Assembly (NCBI RefSeq): GCF_002113885.1
Contig: NW_018408296.1
Coordinates: 191,854-255,853, forward strand
DNA length: 64,000 nt
Reading direction: 5' to 3'
DNA from: Mizuhopecten yessoensis
Taxonomy: Eukaryota
Position 1 is the first letter of the stretch, and every line of letters begins with the position of its first letter. The position numbers and the translations under genes are program-made. The notes below the pieces were generated by a model. That model ran no database searches. It was not told where the DNA came from and was given only the letters and a program-made list of their open reading frames with translations. Shown in pieces: positions 24,581-37,984 of the stretch.

Positions 24581-27500
24581 TTAGAACCGTGGAATGAATA
24601 CAATCAGCTAATCGAATATTTGCTTGATGTATTGTACCATTGACAATGCTTTCAACAGTAATAATAATACAAAAAATATTATACAATATGTATATAAGAC
24701 CCTTGAAGTTTCCTAAAGAACTATTGCAACCTTTGAAGTGGAAGAGTTCAAATGTGCCTTCTGGGGTGAATGAGTAACATGTAAGGTGGGTCCGTACTTT
24801 TCAAATTTAGCGCCAATGCACAGAGAGTTGCGCATGTTGGCTACGTTTCAAAATGATTAACGGTGACATAACGACATCACGCTTGGAATTGCAAAACGTC
24901 GCATAAATTTGACTTCCAGTCAGTTCGATAGTTCTTTTTTATTCGAACATCCTTTAATATAATATCAAACTCCCGTAAAAAGATCGAAATTAGTTTACAC
25001 CGGAAGTAGCCGTCTGACAGCGATAACAGCTGCTGATAGTGTAAGAATATTGTGCTTTCCATTGTTGTTGATTCCTTACCTACATTTGAACTGAAACAAC
25101 GATACGCAGAGTTCATCACTTGAACAGAACATGTCAATTCGTATACGATGGAAGGAATTTACTTCACCACATCATGGACTTAGATAGCAATCTAATTAAA
25201 TGACCACATCTGCACATGCGACACAGGCATAGCCTACCCAGCACAACGACGGCGATACATCTGTTAGGTCTTGACCATACGTTGGAAATTTGACAGAACA
25301 AACTGGGAGTGTACATGTAAGCAATTTTAAGTGATAAAACTGCAACTGAATATAAATATCTCGAATCATCATCAAGTTCCGAAAGACCCAAACCAGGGCA
25401 TTCAGACATAAGCAGACGGGTTTCTACAATGATGTCATATATAGTGGCAGGTTCAAACAAATGCACAGGCGTTTGCGTTTGCGTTATTTCAGATTGCTTA
25501 CCTTATTATCATAGTCTCATCAAACCCCTGCTAAACATTCTTTTCGTAGGACATCAGTGCATGTGGTGTAGGTCTCTTGGTATTTGTTTTTTGTTTGTTT
25601 TTTGGAGGGGGCGGGGGGGAGGGGATTGCAGATGGTTGATATGTCTGAAAACAAGCACATTTTTGCATGTTTTCATGCATTTGTTCGAAAATTTCAGAAA
25701 AGTGACTACCTTACAGCTTAAATATTTCAAAAAGTAAGTCGAGTACCCCATTTTTTCTTTTCATATATAGAATATACGTGCAAAAATGAAAGAGAATAAG
25801 CCTAACTAGAAAAAAATGACCTGGATTTTTACAACAGTATGGACCCACCTTAACATTGACAACTCATAGCGATTCAAAATTCTATTTATGTATGTCTTCA
25901 CAGGACTATAACACTACTTTTAGTGTGAGTTTAACATTTTACCAGTCGCAGGCAACATATCTTGACATTGTTTTTTCTAGTACGTTTCATTTATGTTACA
26001 TGATGATTGTGTTCATTTAAGTAGTCCTTTTAGTATGTAAACTTAGAAAGAAACATGCTTAATAAATAAAGGCACTTTTCCTTTCTTCTCACTTTTAACT
26101 TGAACACTACGTATTTTAAAGGTTTTCTTTGTGGTTAAATGGTATACTATTATATTTTATAGACTAAATATAAAATCGTTTGTCACCTTGACTATGTTTT
26201 ACGAGCAGAGTTCTACACATTTTCAAGCCATAGGGTTGGTATTCAGATTAGGTTTCGTTCTTCTACATGTGTTCTATTTATAATGCTTCATAGCTTGTAG
26301 GATCATTTTTTTTAAAAGATCAGTATTAACAACTTTACCCTTTAATCAGTGTCATCTTTTTTGGCAGTGATATGTCTTAGTGTTGTGAAAATGACAGGTA
26401 ATGTCAAAATTATGCAACAAATCCACTTGTGATTGTCATCTCAAACTAGTCTTTATGAATAATTGATATTCTTGTCAATATACAGATTTGATTCAATGCT
26501 GAGCTTCTTTTATTCAATGAACTATGGTTATGTTACATTTGTATAACAACTTTCAGTTTACCTTGTGTTTTAACTTTTAACACTGCAGTGTTTTGATAAA
26601 CAGAACGTGAACCAATTTTTAAGGATCCCTGTTACACCAATACAATAGAAAAAACTTATTCTTTTTGTACAGTACATGCAGTACCTTTCCCTTATAATAT
26701 ACAGTGTAACTAGTACTGTAGCACCCTTTTGCCAGGGCACTAGCACTGAATAGGAAGCTCCACGACAACATGGTTGTCAAGGATTCGGAATCGGTTCCTG
26801 TTACATTTCATACACTGTTGTTGTTGTTTATCCCAACTTCATTGAAACTTTCCTGTTTAAATTCATCACAGGAATGTTTTTTTTTTTTAGAAATGATTTA
26901 TTAAACTTTAGTCATGCCACAAAAGGAAAAGAAATTTTGACAGCGGCACGAGGTGCTTTCATATTGTATCCATATTTAGCAACTATCCAGTAACTCAATC
27001 GTGTGAACTACCTCTTAATGTACAAGAATAGCCCTTAGCTGGTTATCAGCTTCATTGAACAGCTCCTTATGTAAAGAACACTGCATGTATTACGCCCTTA
27101 GACTGTTATTGTCATAACGTCGACCTTGACCTTCCGGGGGTCGTCAGAGGTCACTGTCTGCTCACTCGAACGAGCTTTTAATCTGGGTGGGTCCTGTATA
27201 CGCAGATGCAGACAATATTATTTTCATTCATGTCCTGTCAGTGAAGAAAACCTAACAGCTTGATGGACCCATATTCGTGTTTGAATTACATACTTTACTA
27301 CGATAATATACATACAAATTGAAGCAAGTTATATGTATGGTATATTGAATGCTTAAGTTTGAAAATAAAAATCAATTTTATTTGTAAATACTCCGGGATA
27401 AATATATATTATGTTATTTTTTTGTTGAGCTGACGATAACATCGATGATTTGTTCCCGTACTTAGCCATGCTAGCACATGTGTACTCTGTTACATAATAG

Positions 27501-27655
27501 TACGAAACACGATATCTGAAGGACGTTCTAAACCGCAAGTATCTAACAACTGGACCACACGACCATTAATTGTGTAATATAGTGTAAAGTTGTAAAAGTT
27601 ATGTTTAGCTGGGTGTTTTTTATGAAGGTGTAATTTTTTTCAATGACGGAGCAAC

Positions 27656-28714
27656 CAGGCGCGTAGCTAGCCCCTTTACCATGTGTAAGCCCCGACATGG
27701 GGTTGCCGAAGGAGGCCCCCCCCCTCCCCCCNNNNNNNNNNNNNNNNNNNNNNNNNNNNNNNNNNNNNNNNNNNNNNNNNNNNNNNNNNNNNNNNNNNNN
27801 NNNNNNNNNNNNNNNNNNNNNNNNNNNNNNNNNNNNNNNNNNNNNNNNNNNNNNNNNNNNNNNNNNNNNNNNNNNNNNNNNNNNNNNNNNNNNNNNNNNN
27901 NNNNNNNNNNNNNNNNNNNNNNNNNNNNNNNNNNNNNNNNNNNNNNNNNNNNNNNNNNNNNNNNNNNNNNNNNNNNNNNNNNNNNNNNNNNNNNNNNNNN
28001 NNNNNNNNNNNNNNNNNNNNNNNNNNNNNNNNNNNNNNNNNNNNNNNNNNNNNNNNNNNNNNNNNNNNNNNNNNNNNNNNNNNNNNNNNNNNNNNNNNNN
28101 NNNNNNNNNNNNNNNNNNNNNNNNNNNNNNNNNNNNNNNNNNNNNNNNNNNNNNNNNNNNNNNNNNNNNNNNNNNNNNNNNNNNNNNNNNNNNNNNNNNN
28201 NNNNNNNNNNNNNNNNNNNNNNNNNNNNNNNNNNNNNNNNNNNNNNNNNNNNNNNNNNNNNNNNNNNNNNNNNNNNNNNNNNNNNNNNNNNNNNNNNNNN
28301 NNNNNNNNNNNNNNNNNNNNNNNNNNNNNNNNNNNNNNNNNNNNNNNNNNNNNNNNNNNNNNNNNNNNNNNNNNNNNNNNNNNNNNNNNNNNNNNNCACA
28401 TTGATTGTCTGTGTCCACTGTGCCATACTCGGAGTCGTTTGCGCCAGGCGTGAGTTTCTCAATTTACTCAATCGAGCTGTTTAGTTCCGCCTGGAACTGT
28501 CCATTAATGCAATGGACATTTCTAAACTTCATACATTTTTGTACTAACTATTAACACTGTATCATATCTGAGGAATTACATATGTATACTATATATTCAA
28601 AACTTAAACTCCACTTTATAGTATCAGCAAGAAAAAATAATGTCATGAAAACTATACTTGTCAAAATCATGTGCAAGCCCGGGCTTATTGGCTTACATGG
28701 TAGCTACGCGCCTG
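27656..28714. mobile_element. Non-autonomous TIR DNA element spanning the assembly gap; 14-bp TIR, 5-bp TSD (hAT5-like)
   Basis: CAGGCGCGTAGCTA at 27656 and TAGCTACGCGCCTG ending at 28714. GCAAC lies at 27651-27655 and 28715-28719. Confidence 0.8.
27732..28396. other. Assembly gap (N run)
   Basis: Run of N following a poly-C tract. Confidence 1.
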
Positions 28715-29014
28715 GCAACACTTCTAGCTCTTTCACACAGCATCTTAGCTATCTTACCTTTCAAATATATATACGTACACAGGGACATAGATAAAGAAGC
28801 ATTTTAAGTAGGAATTTTCAATGCTAATTAACTGAATGGAAAGCAATACTATAAATGCAGTGTTTTGTCTTGCATTGTAAAGGCAAGGAAATATAAACCG
28901 TGTAACAAAATTACGGAAGATGATGTTGAAGAATTAGACGTTTTGGAGCTGACGTTGTTGTGAGTGCATGATAAGCAAGTATATTGCGCTGCACTGTATA
29001 ACGGGTCCGAGCTA

Positions 29015-29050
29015 TCAGCGTGACGCGGAACGCGCGCTGGTATATATACA
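29015..29050 (+). promoter_or_regulatory. Putative core promoter of the GPCR gene (TATA box, CpG-rich patch, CRE-like half site)
   Basis: GCGTGACGCGGAACGCGCGCTGG followed by TATATATA at 29041-29048, about 85 bp upstream of the ATG. Confidence 0.45.
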
Positions 29051-29128
29051 TTTTGTACGACACTCAGACCAGATGGGTTTTGGCGACACTAGCGACAGTC
29101 AGTTGACACCAGCACACTTATATTGGAC

Positions 29129-29468
29129 ATGATGGACCAAGTGGAATTCTTCCATTTAATTGTAGTGGCAAAGAACAATTCCATTGATGTTGAACTCATT
29201 TCTCCCGGGAAAGTACAATTACTGTCCCATTGGGACGAGAGCAATTCCAGTTACTCTGAGTTCGTGTCGCTGGCCATCGGTCGGAACAAGTCTCTAGGTT
29301 ATGTGACTGGAATTGTTCTGACTCTGATTTTCTGTCTGGAGTTTATTTTTGGTGTTGTGGGTAACGTAAGTGTATGTGTTATTATGATGAAAAGAAGATT
29401 CCTACATATGGAGATAAACGCCTATCACGCCAGTCTCGCAGTTGCTGATGTCCTGCGGGTACTCATAG
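29129..29468 (+). CDS. First coding exon of a class A (rhodopsin-like) G protein-coupled receptor: N-terminus, TM1, ICL1, most of TM2
   Basis: ATG at 29129/29132. N-glycosylation sequons NNS, NSS, NKS. TM1 IVLTLIFCLEFIFGVVGNVSVCVIM (GN motif), basic ICL1 KRRFL, TM2 SLAVAD. Consensus donor AG|GTGAGT at 29468/29469 (phase 1), where GPCR likeness stops. Confidence 0.88.
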
Positions 29469-31102
29469 GTGAGTCATATTGTGTGTTAAGCTCTAGATAT
29501 CCTGGCCTATTGTTCATTTATAATATTGTATTATTTTGTTTTAAGGCAAATCGACAATTTGAGTCATTTAGGGCAAAACGACTAGGCTGTTAAGGCATAT
29601 CAATTTTATATGTTTTCAAATGGATTTGAACACATATGGATTAAAAGTGCATCTCATGTGCTGAGCGAGGCATGGAAAACGAACTAAGGGTTTGTTATCA
29701 ATAATGAACTTTTCCATGGATGTTGCAATGTGCAAGATTTGTAAGTGGACAATTACAGAAACATTACCAATAGTGTGTTATAATAAAATCATCTCAATAG
29801 CTACCCAGTAACAAATATACTATATCAACATTTCTATTGAGGGCTGTATCACAGCTAGGAGGTTGTGTAGACTTTGATTCTAACGAGTGTACTGAAAACC
29901 TGAGGTACCAATTAACGGATGTGTTTGGACCTACCTGTATCCTGATGCATATAAAGACGATATAAGACAAAGCACAGGATCGTGTCACATACACATATGT
30001 TTAACTAAATATAACACTATATAAAGTACTACTGTGTCTTCAGTAATAGAGCATGTGTCATGTCCCTGTGATTTCGAGTGACAATATTGATGATTAAACA
30101 GGAGAACGTATAGTTAGCTTACATCTACTTTAAAGTAGCTATCAAGTTGTATTGATTTTCCTTTGAAAGCTAACTATGCTTTGTAAAATCTGTGTATAAG
30201 GGAGACAATTATAAATTTAAGCTAGTAATTGGTTTGCAAGAGGATGTAATATTTCAGGAATTAATTATTGTTATCTAATACAATTCTTACGCACAGAGGC
30301 GTGACTAGTTTGACAGGTGTTTACAAGGACATATTTGTTTTAGAGCAGAATTCTATAGACACCGATAAGGATATTCATTTTGACAGAATCATGATTTTTC
30401 TCCAGAGCGAGAGATTGTGCACACCTGCTCAATAACAATACATGTGACCACCATCCAGGTCCCGACCCCCATCTCCGCATTTGAAACCCAGAGAAAACAC
30501 GAAGAATAGGCTTTCTAAATGGCCAACTTGTTTAATATTATCGTTATGTATGAAGATTAATAGAGAAGAGGCAGATCAGAGAGATGCATAAGCCTTAAGG
30601 CCTACAGGTATCTGTTTTGTATATAGGTCTAGAAACGTGTGTACCGGTATGTAAACACAGATCAACGAACACAGAACTATGCTACAGCGGGTGTGGCAAA
30701 CCACGCAGGGGCACGATAATTTAGACATCGAAGGGAATATGCTTGAAATTAACCCAATACATATCTAATCATGAGTGCGGGCGTTCGTTTCATGTAAAAG
30801 ATATGTCTCGACATCGATGTTATGTGATAGTAACTTAACACGGTGACGTAATTATTGATATCGAATTTCAGTCAAAATCCGGACGAATTGGCACCATATC
30901 AAGTAAAGAATCGCAGCACAAGTTGGTAAAAATAACCCGAGAGCGGGAAATACTTAACCGTATAGATAATACTTAGAAAGATCTCATCTGAAAAGAAAAA
31001 CGAAGCTTGCAGAAATTTTATGAAAAAAAATACATATAATACAGAAAGAAATCAATAACAGTACTCTGATAATAAATAAAACATGGTCCTTTGATCAAAA
31101 TC

Positions 31103-31378
31103 GGGACCACAGTGGCCGAGTGGTTAAGTCGTCTGACCGTCAACGATAACTAGCCCTCCACCATGAGTCGCGGGTTCGAGGCCAACGTGTGACTATCGCC
31201 AGATTCTGGTCGCAGGTCGGTAATTTTCTCCGGATACTCCGGCTTTCCCCCAGCACCAAAACCTGGCACGTAGGACATAAACCACAATCACGCTCTCCAG
31301 CACTTGGTCGTGGATTCGAGGCGTACAAGTGTACATGGGACTGTTTATAGGATGTATAAAAAACAAATAAACAAAATC
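31103..31378 (+). mobile_element. tRNA-derived SINE, family C (V-domain-like), full length
   Basis: A box TGGCCGAGTGG, B box GGTTCGAGGCC, V-like GGTCGGTAATTTTCTCCGGATACTCCGGCTTTCCCC and an A-rich tail. ATCAAAAT on both flanks is a candidate TSD. Confidence 0.85.
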
Positions 31379-32594
31379 TATCAAAATGTGGTCGCTCTTA
31401 CCAACGGAGTTACCTGATCAGCGGAAGTTTCCCGACCCATCCCCACTTCGCGAACATAGATTATATTTAAAACGAAATCAAGGGAGAATTCTTCGGTATG
31501 AAAAACTATGGGATTTTCTAGTGGTTTGCCTGCAGTGGGTTTGGGATCCTTAATGCTAAATGCTTCATGCAAATCTCCATTCAGAAAGAGTTCAACACTA
31601 TAGGGAAATTGTGATAAATAACTGATGATAGGTTTGAAAGCTAACGTAGCAATATACATAAAGTAAGGATCCCTGTACCACACTGCCAATACTGTACAAA
31701 TGTAACTGTTCATTGGGGTTTTCCCCAGTATAGCTACAGCTTTGATAAATCAGAAATTCATTCCTTGTGGGGCTTGACAGTGTTCTGTGTAGAAAAATCT
31801 AGTTCGGTTATATTAGGATTCGGACCCTGAACCCCAGATTGTTACACTGTCGATCTAACTAAATTAGCTACATGGTCAATTGCATTACCCTGGCCCAAGT
31901 GCACTTGATTTTTATATACAGAATACTGTTGACTATTGCGGATAGGATTTACAAAATGTAGAATCGTATAAAAGCAGGTATTGTTATATTTTACCGCATT
32001 CTTGGTATGACAGATATAAAGACTATATTGCATTAAGACATCAAAAGCATGTAAGTACTGCCTACTGTACAATTAGCGGGAAAAAGGCAAGAGACAGTTT
32101 TTGTAATTCAGAATTACCAGAGTCTTATCATACACGTAGATCCCTGTCCAACTGGCAAAAGGCTCGTGTCGTATCAAATTATTGAGCCCCGTTGATAAAA
32201 TCAATAAGATATGGACACTCATGTAAAATCCTCTATAGGGACATGTACGGTTTTAACTTGCCTCGATATGTGCAGTCCATAAATAAATCGGCAGCTATAC
32301 CTATTCCTTTTTGTTTAAAATTAGAAAGTTCAACCACTATTCTGCTATATCAAGGCATTTGGAAATGATTTCTTGTTTAATACAAAAAAAAATAGAAGTG
32401 AACAAATTGTAACATACCGGAAAAATAATAACTGAACGGTATATATTGTTAAAATAGTGAAATGCCGCCTGAATTTGGAGGGAATTTTCCGTCAGCGTCA
32501 AATAAAACTGTTTAAAGGCGGTATATTTACATGTATTACACCAATCGCAATAGTATCGGTCCACTAGGTCAAAGACCCGGAATCGAACTTTTTA

Positions 32595-34885
32595 ACCTGA
32601 CAGGTCTCCATACTTCCTGTCTTACACTGACAGGTGTCCATACTTCCTGTCATACACTGACAGGTGTCTATACTTCCTGTCATACACTGACAGGTGTCCA
32701 CACTTCCTGTCATACACTGACAAGTGTCCATACTTCTTGTCATACACTGACAGGCCCCCATACTTCCTGTCATACACTGACAGGTCTCCATATTTCCTGT
32801 CATACACTGACAGGCCTCCATACTTCCTGTCATACACTGATAGGTGTCCATACTTCCTATCATACACTGATAGGTCTCCATTCTTCCTGTCATACACTGA
32901 CAGGTGTCCATACTTCTTGTCATACACTGACAGGTGTCCATACATCCTGTCATACACTGACAGGTCTCCTTTCTTCCTGTCATACACTGATAGGTCTCCA
33001 TTCTTCCTGTCATACACTGACAGGTGTCCATACTTCCTGTCATACACTGATATGTCTCCATACTTCCTGTCATACACTGACAGGTCTCCAGATTTCCTGT
33101 CATACACTGACAGGCCTCCATACTTCCTGTCATACTCTGATAGGTCTCCATACTTCCTGTCATACACTGATAGGTCTCCATACTTCCTGTCATACACTGA
33201 CAGGTGTCCATACTTCTTGTCATACACTGACAGGTGTCCATACATCCTGTCATACACTGACAGGTCACCTTTCTTCTTGTCATACACTGATAGGTCTCCA
33301 TTCTCCCTGTCATACACTGACAGGTGTCCATACTTCATGTCATACACTGACAGGTGTCCATACATCCTGTCATACACTGACAGGTCACCTTTCTTCTTGT
33401 CATACACTGATAGGTCTCCATTCTTCCTGTCATACACTGACAGGTGTCCATACTTCCTGTCATACACTGATAGGTCTCCATACTTCCTGTCATACACTGA
33501 CAGGTCTCCATACCTCCTGTCATACACTGACAGGTGTCCATACTTCCTGTCATACACTGGCATGGCTCCCTACTTCCTGTCATACACTGACAGGCCTCCA
33601 TACTTCCTGTCATACACTGACAAGTCTTCATACTTCTCGTCATATACTGACAAGTCTCCATACTTCTCGTCATACCCTGACAAGTCTCCAATCTTCTCGT
33701 CATACACTGACAAGTCTCCATACTTCTCATCATACACTGACAAGTCTCCATACTTCCTGTCATACACTGACAGGCCTCCATACTTCTCGTCATACACTGA
33801 CAAGTCTCCATACTTCTCGTCATGCTTACAACACTGCCAGACATACATACTTTTTGTCACATTTATAACACTAACATGTCTCCATATTTCTCACTTGTTT
33901 GTAATTTTTCCTAATTTTTATGACGCTGGGAGGCTTCCATACTTCTCGTAATACACTGACAGGTCTCCATACCTTTTGTCATGCTAACAACACTGCCATA
34001 TTCCTAGTCATGTTTATAACACTGACATACCTCCATACATTTATTTCTCCTCGTGTATATGACGCTACGGAGGCCTGCATATTTCTCGTCATACACTGAC
34101 AGGTCTCCATACCTTCTGTCATGCTTACAACACTGCCATATGTCTCATCATGTTTATAACACTGGCATTCCTCCATACATTTATTTCTCATGTTTAAGAC
34201 GCTTACAGGCCTCCATACTTCTCCTTATACACTGATATGCCTCCATACTTCTCGTTATACACTGGCAGGCCTCCATAATTCTCGTCATACACTGACAGGC
34301 CCCCATACCTCTCGTCAAACACTGACAGACTTCCATACTTCTCGTCATACACTGACAGGCCTCCATACTTCTCGTCAGACACTGACAGGCCTCCATACTT
34401 CTCGTCATACACTGACAGGCCTCCATAATTCTCGTCATACACTGACAGGCCCCCATACCTCTCGTCATACACTGACAGGCCTCCATACTTCTCGTCATAC
34501 ACTGACAGGCCCCCATACTTCTCGTCATACACTGACAGGCCTCCATACTTTTCGTCATACACTGACAGGCCTCCATACTTCTCGTCATACACTGACAGGC
34601 GTCCATACTTCGCGTCATACACTGACAGGCCATCATACTTCTCGTTATACACTGACAGGCCTCCATAATTCTCGTCATACACTGACAGGCCTCCATAATT
34701 CTCGTCATACACTGACAGGCTTCCATACTTCTCGTTATACACTGGCAGGCCTCCATAATTCTCGTCATACACTAACAGGCCCCCATATCTCTCGTCATAC
34801 ACTGACAGGTGTCCATACTTCTCGTCATACACTGACAGGCCTCCATACTTCTCGTCATACACTGACAGGCCCCCATACTTTTCGA
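32595..34885. repeat. Minisatellite, 30-bp unit (CATACACTGACAGGTCTCCATACTTCCTGT); two sub-arrays separated by a repeated spacer region
   Basis: 30-bp periodicity; ORFs with 10-aa period on both strands. Spacer region at about 33820-34200. Confidence 0.97.
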
Positions 34886-35139
34886 CATATTTAAAAGCAA
34901 CAAGGCGTGGGATTCCTGTAATACTCAATTCGTTGACTTTGTGCGTGTGCCTGTGTAACAGGGAATCGTTCCAAATAAAACGTTAGATTCTGACCACTTC
35001 CTGACGCGCATGATTAATTTCATCACAATCGATAAGACTTATTTTTTTCTAGCTCTGCAATCGTTATCAACTCGTTTATTGTTAATGTGTATTGATTTTC
35101 GCGTGACACGACACGCGTATTATAGTAAATGTTATTAAT

Positions 35140-35766
35140 TTATACATCACAGAAGCACACGTGTTTTCATTGTCATTGATGGATACATAACAGAAATACA
35201 CGTGTTTTAATTGTCATTGATTGTTACATCACACAAAAACACGTGTTTTAATTGTCATTGATTGATACATTACACAAAAACACGTGTTTTCATTGTCATT
35301 GATTGATACATCACACAAATACACGTGTTTTAATTGTCATTGATTGAAACATCACAAAAAACACGTGTTTTAATTGTCATTGATTAATACATCAAAAAAA
35401 AACACGTGTTCAATTGTCATTGATTGATACATTACACAAATACACGTGTTTTAATTGTCATTGATTGATACATCACATAAAGACACGTGTTTTAATTGTC
35501 ATTGATAGATACATAACACAAGTACACGTGTTTTAATTGTCATTGTTTGATACATTACACGAAGACACGTGTTTTCATTGTCATTGATTGATACATCATA
35601 CAAAAACACGTGTTTTAATTGTCATTGATTGATACATGTACATAACACAAATACAGGTGTTTTAATTGTCATTGATCGTTAGATAACACAAATACACATG
35701 TGTTTAAGTTGTCATTGATCGATAATTAACACAGATTGATACATCACACAAAAACACGTGTTTTAA
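35140..35766. repeat. Minisatellite, 41-bp unit (ATTGTCATTGATTGATACATCACACAAATACACGTGTTTTA); resumes at about 36878-37005
   Basis: ATTGTCATTGA recurs at 35169, 35210 and onward. Three more units follow an interruption of about 1.1 kb. Confidence 0.93.
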
Positions 35767-37029
35767 TTAAGCATTGAATTGCTTTTGTATGGTATTTATG
35801 ATCATAAATACCATACAAAAACAGTTCAATACTTATATTCACGTTTTCTCTTCCTCTTATGTTCTTTTTTAACTTACAGCTGTATAATTTATATTTAAAA
35901 TCAAAAATGCCCGCCTTATCGTCGCGTGCTGATTGGCGAACAAAGTAGTACTTTGAAATTTTAACAAACGCTTCATTTTTATTCCACAATTCAGAATCAA
36001 TACAATTGCGTATGATATGTCTATAGGGTGATTTAAGTTTATCCATAGAACTCTGAGCTGAAAGTTAGATTTGAAATTGTTTCGATTTTTCCCCGGAACA
36101 AATTTTTCGCATGGACAAATACAGTGAGCACCGTAAATACGACCTTGCCCTCCACGAGGGAGTTATTTTTGGATGTTAATTCGAACTTTTCTCTTCGCTC
36201 ATTTTATGAAGAATCCAGGCGTGAATTTATTTGTTGATTGTATGGAAACCTGACAACAGTCGGTAGATTCTATAACGGCCTCGTTATTTGACATGTCGTC
36301 AGAAATCAGGAACCGTGGATGCGAGACGCGTGAAACTGATAGCGTTTGAAGTGCGTGATCTTGCGATGGAGCACAGGTTCGTTACAAAATTTCTGAAAGG
36401 TTTATGTCTGCTGTGACTCATATCAGTAGGTCTGTAACATTTGTGTCAGTAGGTCTATAGAATATGTGTATTTCAGACATTTGTAACGAACCCCTGTTGA
36501 TCAGTGCAGTGTAACAGACGATATTTCTGATAAATTGCATGAGCGTTAAAATTGTTTCCATTGCCGGCATTGGTGATTTCAACCGATGTGTATTTTGTAC
36601 GATATTGCAGACCTTGGTCTTGTTTTCGTTGTAATAAAAGTGTTTTTTATTTTATTTTTTATTTTGCACATAAATTTACAATGATATTGTCAAATCTCAC
36701 AATGCCCAGCGATATTTCAGCAGCCGTCATGTTTATTGATATTGGATATTGTAGTTCCGGTCAGTGTTGTATTAATACGCTAAGAATTTTGTCTCGTGAT
36801 GCATGGTAATTAAAGTCCCATCAACGACACAGCTTTCAAAGAGGCTATATAGTGACAATGCCATGCAAATGTAAATAATTGTCATTGATCGATACATAAC
36901 ACAAATACATGTGTTTTAATTGTCTTTGATTGATACATCACACAAAAACACGTGTGTTTCAATTGTCATTGATTGATGCATCACACAAAAACACGTGTGT
37001 TTTTACTGATTATCATTTAGTGAACAGGT

Positions 37030-37183
37030 TTGGGTCACCTGCCCGGGCACGTGGGGTTTTTCCGGTTAGTTAGGTTTTCCTCCCACACCAAGACCCCCAC
37101 GCGCTAACATCTGGGCCAACAAGAGTGGTCAATAAAAGTTGAAATAACCTGTTTCATAATTGTTGTAAAATAAATAAAGTTTA
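37030..37183 (+). mobile_element. 5'-truncated V-type SINE, family D
   Basis: GTCACCTGCCCGGGCACGTGGGGTTTTTCCGG...TTCCTCCCAC...AAATAAATAAAGTTT; matches the reverse complement of 50156-50372. Confidence 0.7.
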
Positions 37184-37984
37184 TAATTACTCGTAACACA
37201 AAAACAGGTATACAATGTGTTGTACATAGTATGGGATAATTTAATTTCGACCTTGTGATTTTCTATCTATTCATGACGTCATCTATCCTCTTTATTTCTA
37301 AACTATCCATTATTATAAAAAATGGCTAATCAGGAACAATTCAACTAGATGTTTGTTAAACATTCATCACACAAGGTAGTTTATTGATTTATGCACGAAA
37401 ATCAATCTTCAACTAGACGTTAATATATCAAATATGATACGGCTATTTGTAATAATATTTTAACGGTATAGCAAATCGATCTGCATATAACCAGCAGCAA
37501 CAACGATTAATCATTTGGTCAATCCTCTTTCTTTCAAATAGTAAAATACCAATATCAAGTTTTGAGGGGCCAGGGAATCAATTTAGTCATAGTTATTTCC
37601 CCTTTCAAGCTTACCACAATGATTCCGTAAGGCTTATAATCAGATAATCTTGAAGTCGGAATACCTGTTCTTAGGACTCTCAGGTGAAACTCGATATATG
37701 TTATTTATTTAAGAGATGATACTGTTTATTCGTATCCTCTATAACCATGTTTGATAAAAAAAAACAAATCTGTATATGTTTACATATGTTCTACTTGTTT
37801 ACAAGTAGTATAAGTAGTATATCTTCTGACAACCTTGACAGGTCAACAGCTTCCTAGCTGTTGGTTTTTATGCAAATTGTAAGTGTGACATAAAACACCA
37901 ATAGAGGAATTTGGTCTATCTTGATGGCAGTTTTCATATTTTCGACCGTCTCTTACGCACTAAAAAAAAACCATGACAAATAAG

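Noticed and set aside
24877-25466. Two adjacent minus-strand ORFs (86 and 100 aa)
   Set aside because: No recognisable domain or consistent splice structure; lengths are compatible with chance.
27543-28484. Five ORFs of 235-291 aa
   Set aside because: Almost entirely X residues from the N gap.
29469-29593. Continuation of the GPCR ORF to the stop at 29593
   Set aside because: Read-through into the intron past a consensus GTGAGT donor; GPCR similarity ends there.
31103-31190. Functional tRNA gene (also at 2485 and 11524)
   Set aside because: A and B boxes are present, but there is no closed cloverleaf and each continues into a SINE body and tail.
32531-34928. 445-aa His/Cys-rich metal-binding protein and companion ORFs
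   Set aside because: The 30-bp repeat is open in several frames on both strands. Unit variation is largely non-synonymous and there is no signal peptide or exon evidence.
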